Shown: positions 61,138 through 64,000 of the stretch, in pieces | Numbering within the stretch: position 1 is the first letter of the stretch | How the letters are laid out: each line of letters starts with the position of its first letter | DNA from: Oopsacas minuta | Taxonomy: Eukaryota > Animalia > Porifera | Assembly: GCA_024704765.1 (NCBI GenBank) | Contig: JAKMXF010000316.1 | Location: forward strand, 310,001-374,000 | Direction: 5' to 3' | Length of the DNA: 64,000 nt | Program-made: the position numbers and the translations under genes | The notes under the pieces: model-generated | Told to the model about the DNA's origin: nothing | What the model saw: only the letters and a program-made list of their open reading frames with translations | Database searches by the model: none

Positions 61138-64000
61138 TATGTGTTCAATACTCTTTCGTGTAGTACACATTATCTGCTTCATTTTTACTGTTTTCAGCTA
61201 AGCTTGGCCCTACTGTATTATACCAATTGAAATTTCAAAGGTGTTGGACACGTGGCTCCCATTCTCAAACGGGCTTCTCCAACCTAAAGTGTCCATAATC
61301 TTCACAACTCCTATATTATATTGAATAAATTGTAATAGTTGATCTGTATATGTTCTGAAGAAAAGTTATCGTTTAGTTGATTATTTTTAGTGATATGGAA
61401 AATAATTGTTGCTTCATCATATTATTACGTCACTTATATTTCAATATTTTTATATTGGCTGTCAATCTGTGGGTATATGAGTCATGAAGCGACATTCTAC
61501 AGGATGTGAATAATACATATCGGGCACTACTTCGATATAACGGCAACTTTATATAGTAGTCACCTCCAATAAGGTCTAGATTTAACAACTCTTGGCTGGC
61601 TATCATTTAGTATTCAAAATTATTTATTTGTGGTTCTAAGACCAGAAATATCTTAATCACAACATAGCTATAGGGTCTAGCAAAGATGAGTCGTTCTACT
61701 ATGCATATAAAAGTTAAGGGTGGATATACTATGCAAATTCCTTGTAAGAAACACAAACCATTTACAAGTGATTCTAAATTTACGTCTCAATTTCACTAAA
61801 ATCTTTGATACTGTACCTGGAATCGCCTAAATGGGATTGAATTCCTAATTAAGCAATTATCCTTCTCGAAATATTCGGTTAATCAGGATGGAAGTCCAGA
61901 ATGTGAGCACTAATATTCTTCAAAGTATTTGTTAATCAAGATAAGAAATCCCGATTAACCGATTGCATAAATAATTTTAGTAAATATTTGTAATATAGTA
62001 TTTAAGTACTATATTACAAATATTTGGATAGAAACTAAAATGTACAGTACACTCTCGTTATAACAAAATGCTCGGGACCCTGCTTTCATTTCGTTTTAGC
62101 GCAATAAAATCTATCCCTTTCAAGGTATCAGTCGTAAGGAATCATCAAAGTAAGGGACTGCTAGTAAAAATATTTTACACAAATTCTTGTAGGACATGGA
62201 TAGATTTACACAATAGAGTTCGGATAAGACGTACTCCTTTGGAAACATAATATGTACTTCTTAACCGAGTGTACGTCTAATCCAAATAGGTATTGTAATA
62301 GAATGGATACTAACTAATTTTTTTGGAATATAAGAAAGAGTATGTCTTAAGCTGAGTACATCTTATCCAAATTCTACCGAGTTATTATGACAAGACATAC
62401 ATGTAGTTGTCGACAGTAATATTACCTTTGTATAAAAACTCAATGATATTTGTTCGGATGGATTGATGAACAACTGGTAAGAGCTAGAAATTCAAGGGCC
62501 AATTTCTTTGCCATCTAATGGCCAATAATTTTAAAATACTGCTATACCTGTGTAAGTCCAACCTCTATAGCGACCACTTGTACATACCGGCGAATTTTGA
62601 AAAGTCCCTTCTGTGTCCTTCTATTATACAAGTTTCACTGTATTTTTGATTTAGTGAGTAGAACATAATAAAAATTATATAAGTATAGTGAGAATTAAGA
62701 TAACTGCATTAACTAACACAATATTTTTAATCATTAAGTATATTTCTAGCAACGGTTTCCCATATATTGGAGTAAAAGTGGGTGAATACACTACCATAGC
62801 CGCCGAACCAGGAAGGGGTAGGAGAGGCTCGACCCCCTCTGGGATCGTTCAAGGTGCTAGAATGTTCCAAGTCCCTGGAATATACAACTAATAAAATATG
62901 CGGGATATTTTCAAATAATAGTCCTGGCTATTATTCGAGTAGGGCTCGTTTAAGAATAAATGTTGCCATTAACTAGAACTTATTTGTTTACGTGGAAACA
63001 CAATAAAATATTGTGTGTTGCTTAAATATTATGATTCTAAAATTATCCCAAATTCGTTCCAACTTCTTAGAAATAATTTGAAAAGTGGGAGATCTGAGGG
63101 GCTTGGCGTTAGACCGCGAGATTATTCCAAATATCGGGAGGGTTGGCAGCCCTGAGATTTTGGTCAAGGTAAAGCTTCATGACCATTTACTAATCTTGGC
63201 CAACATGGCTAAACATAAACATACCAAACTTGGCCAAATATGTCGACCTGGATGAAGTTATGATACAAATTTTCGAACAAGTTAGCTATCTCTCATGAGG
63301 GTTTGAGAAACCCTGGTCTAGGTGGTTAGAGTTAATACCAATGACAATAGTGATACAACCGGTTTTTTTACACCGGATTTTCTCACTTATCCTATTTTTC
63401 TTAGTTTATTTTCTTACTACGATAATTTTTTACTTTATCTCCGTGCAAAGAGATAGTAAGAAAAAACTAGTTTCTACTGTATGCTGATCTACAATCGTTG
63501 CTTATTGAAGTAGGGTGGCCAGCATGTTTAGGTCTAAATCATGTACATTTGAGCATTTGCACCGAAAATTCCTGGACTTTCCTTGACTTAATTGTTTAAA
63601 TCCTGGACAAGATCCCTGGCACTATATTATTTGTAAGTATATGTATACACCTATGAATTGATGTTTAATTTTCTGTTAGAAATAGCTTGTAACCTCATTT
63701 AAAATGCTTGCCTTTGTATTGCTAGTTTAAGAATTTAAATATCTTTCTATTCAAAATAATAATCTCGAGAATCCTATTCATATAACTTCTGGACACATTG
63801 TACTGTCCAGGATCCTGGACAATTTTCCCCCTATATTAGAATTATGGAATTGATTCTAACACAATTTTCCAAAATCTACAATGAACGGAAATAAGTCATC
63901 GTACATGCAGTACCAGTGCCTTAGTTATTAGAATGCTATGGCTGATTTTTCAGGGTGCATGCTATTGACGTCGTAAATTTGAGTCCTGCTTATCAGGTCG

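Noticed and set aside
62045-62640. Single pogo-type MITE from CAGTACACTCTCG to GTTTCACTG
   Set aside because: The ends match only weakly; more likely adjacent fragments of different MITEs.

Overview
AT-rich eukaryotic (probably animal; species not determinable from sequence) DNA made almost entirely of nested, mostly decayed cut-and-paste DNA transposons. Families seen: hAT (ZMYM1/ZNF862-like, Buster/ZBED5-like, DUF659-like), mariner, Tc1, pogo/Tigger, MULE, a KRBA2/SCAND3-like (Ginger-type) integrase element, and several MITEs. The only host-gene candidate is a CFAP46-like first exon (28749-29050, minus). The main result is two RAG1-like/Transib elements whose ends begin with the V(D)J RSS heptamer CACAGTG. 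One (55185-58298) is complete, with a perfect 5-bp TSD (TAGTA) and a 648-aa ORF carrying RAG1-spaced D/D/E catalytic residues and an NBD-like N-terminus. The other (33069-36429) is degenerate but retains a C-terminal CX2CX3GH motif. In both, the 3' end has exactly 9 bp more spacer than the 5' end between the heptamer and a second conserved block, an RSS-like asymmetry. Neither contains a recognisable RAG2-like gene. Also notable: a ~2-kb-arm near-perfect palindrome of a dead hAT (9480-13627), a three-level Ginger>MULE>Buster nest, and a hAT with a 5-bp TSD. Protein-family calls come from motif recognition by eye, with no database searches; coordinates were counted by hand.
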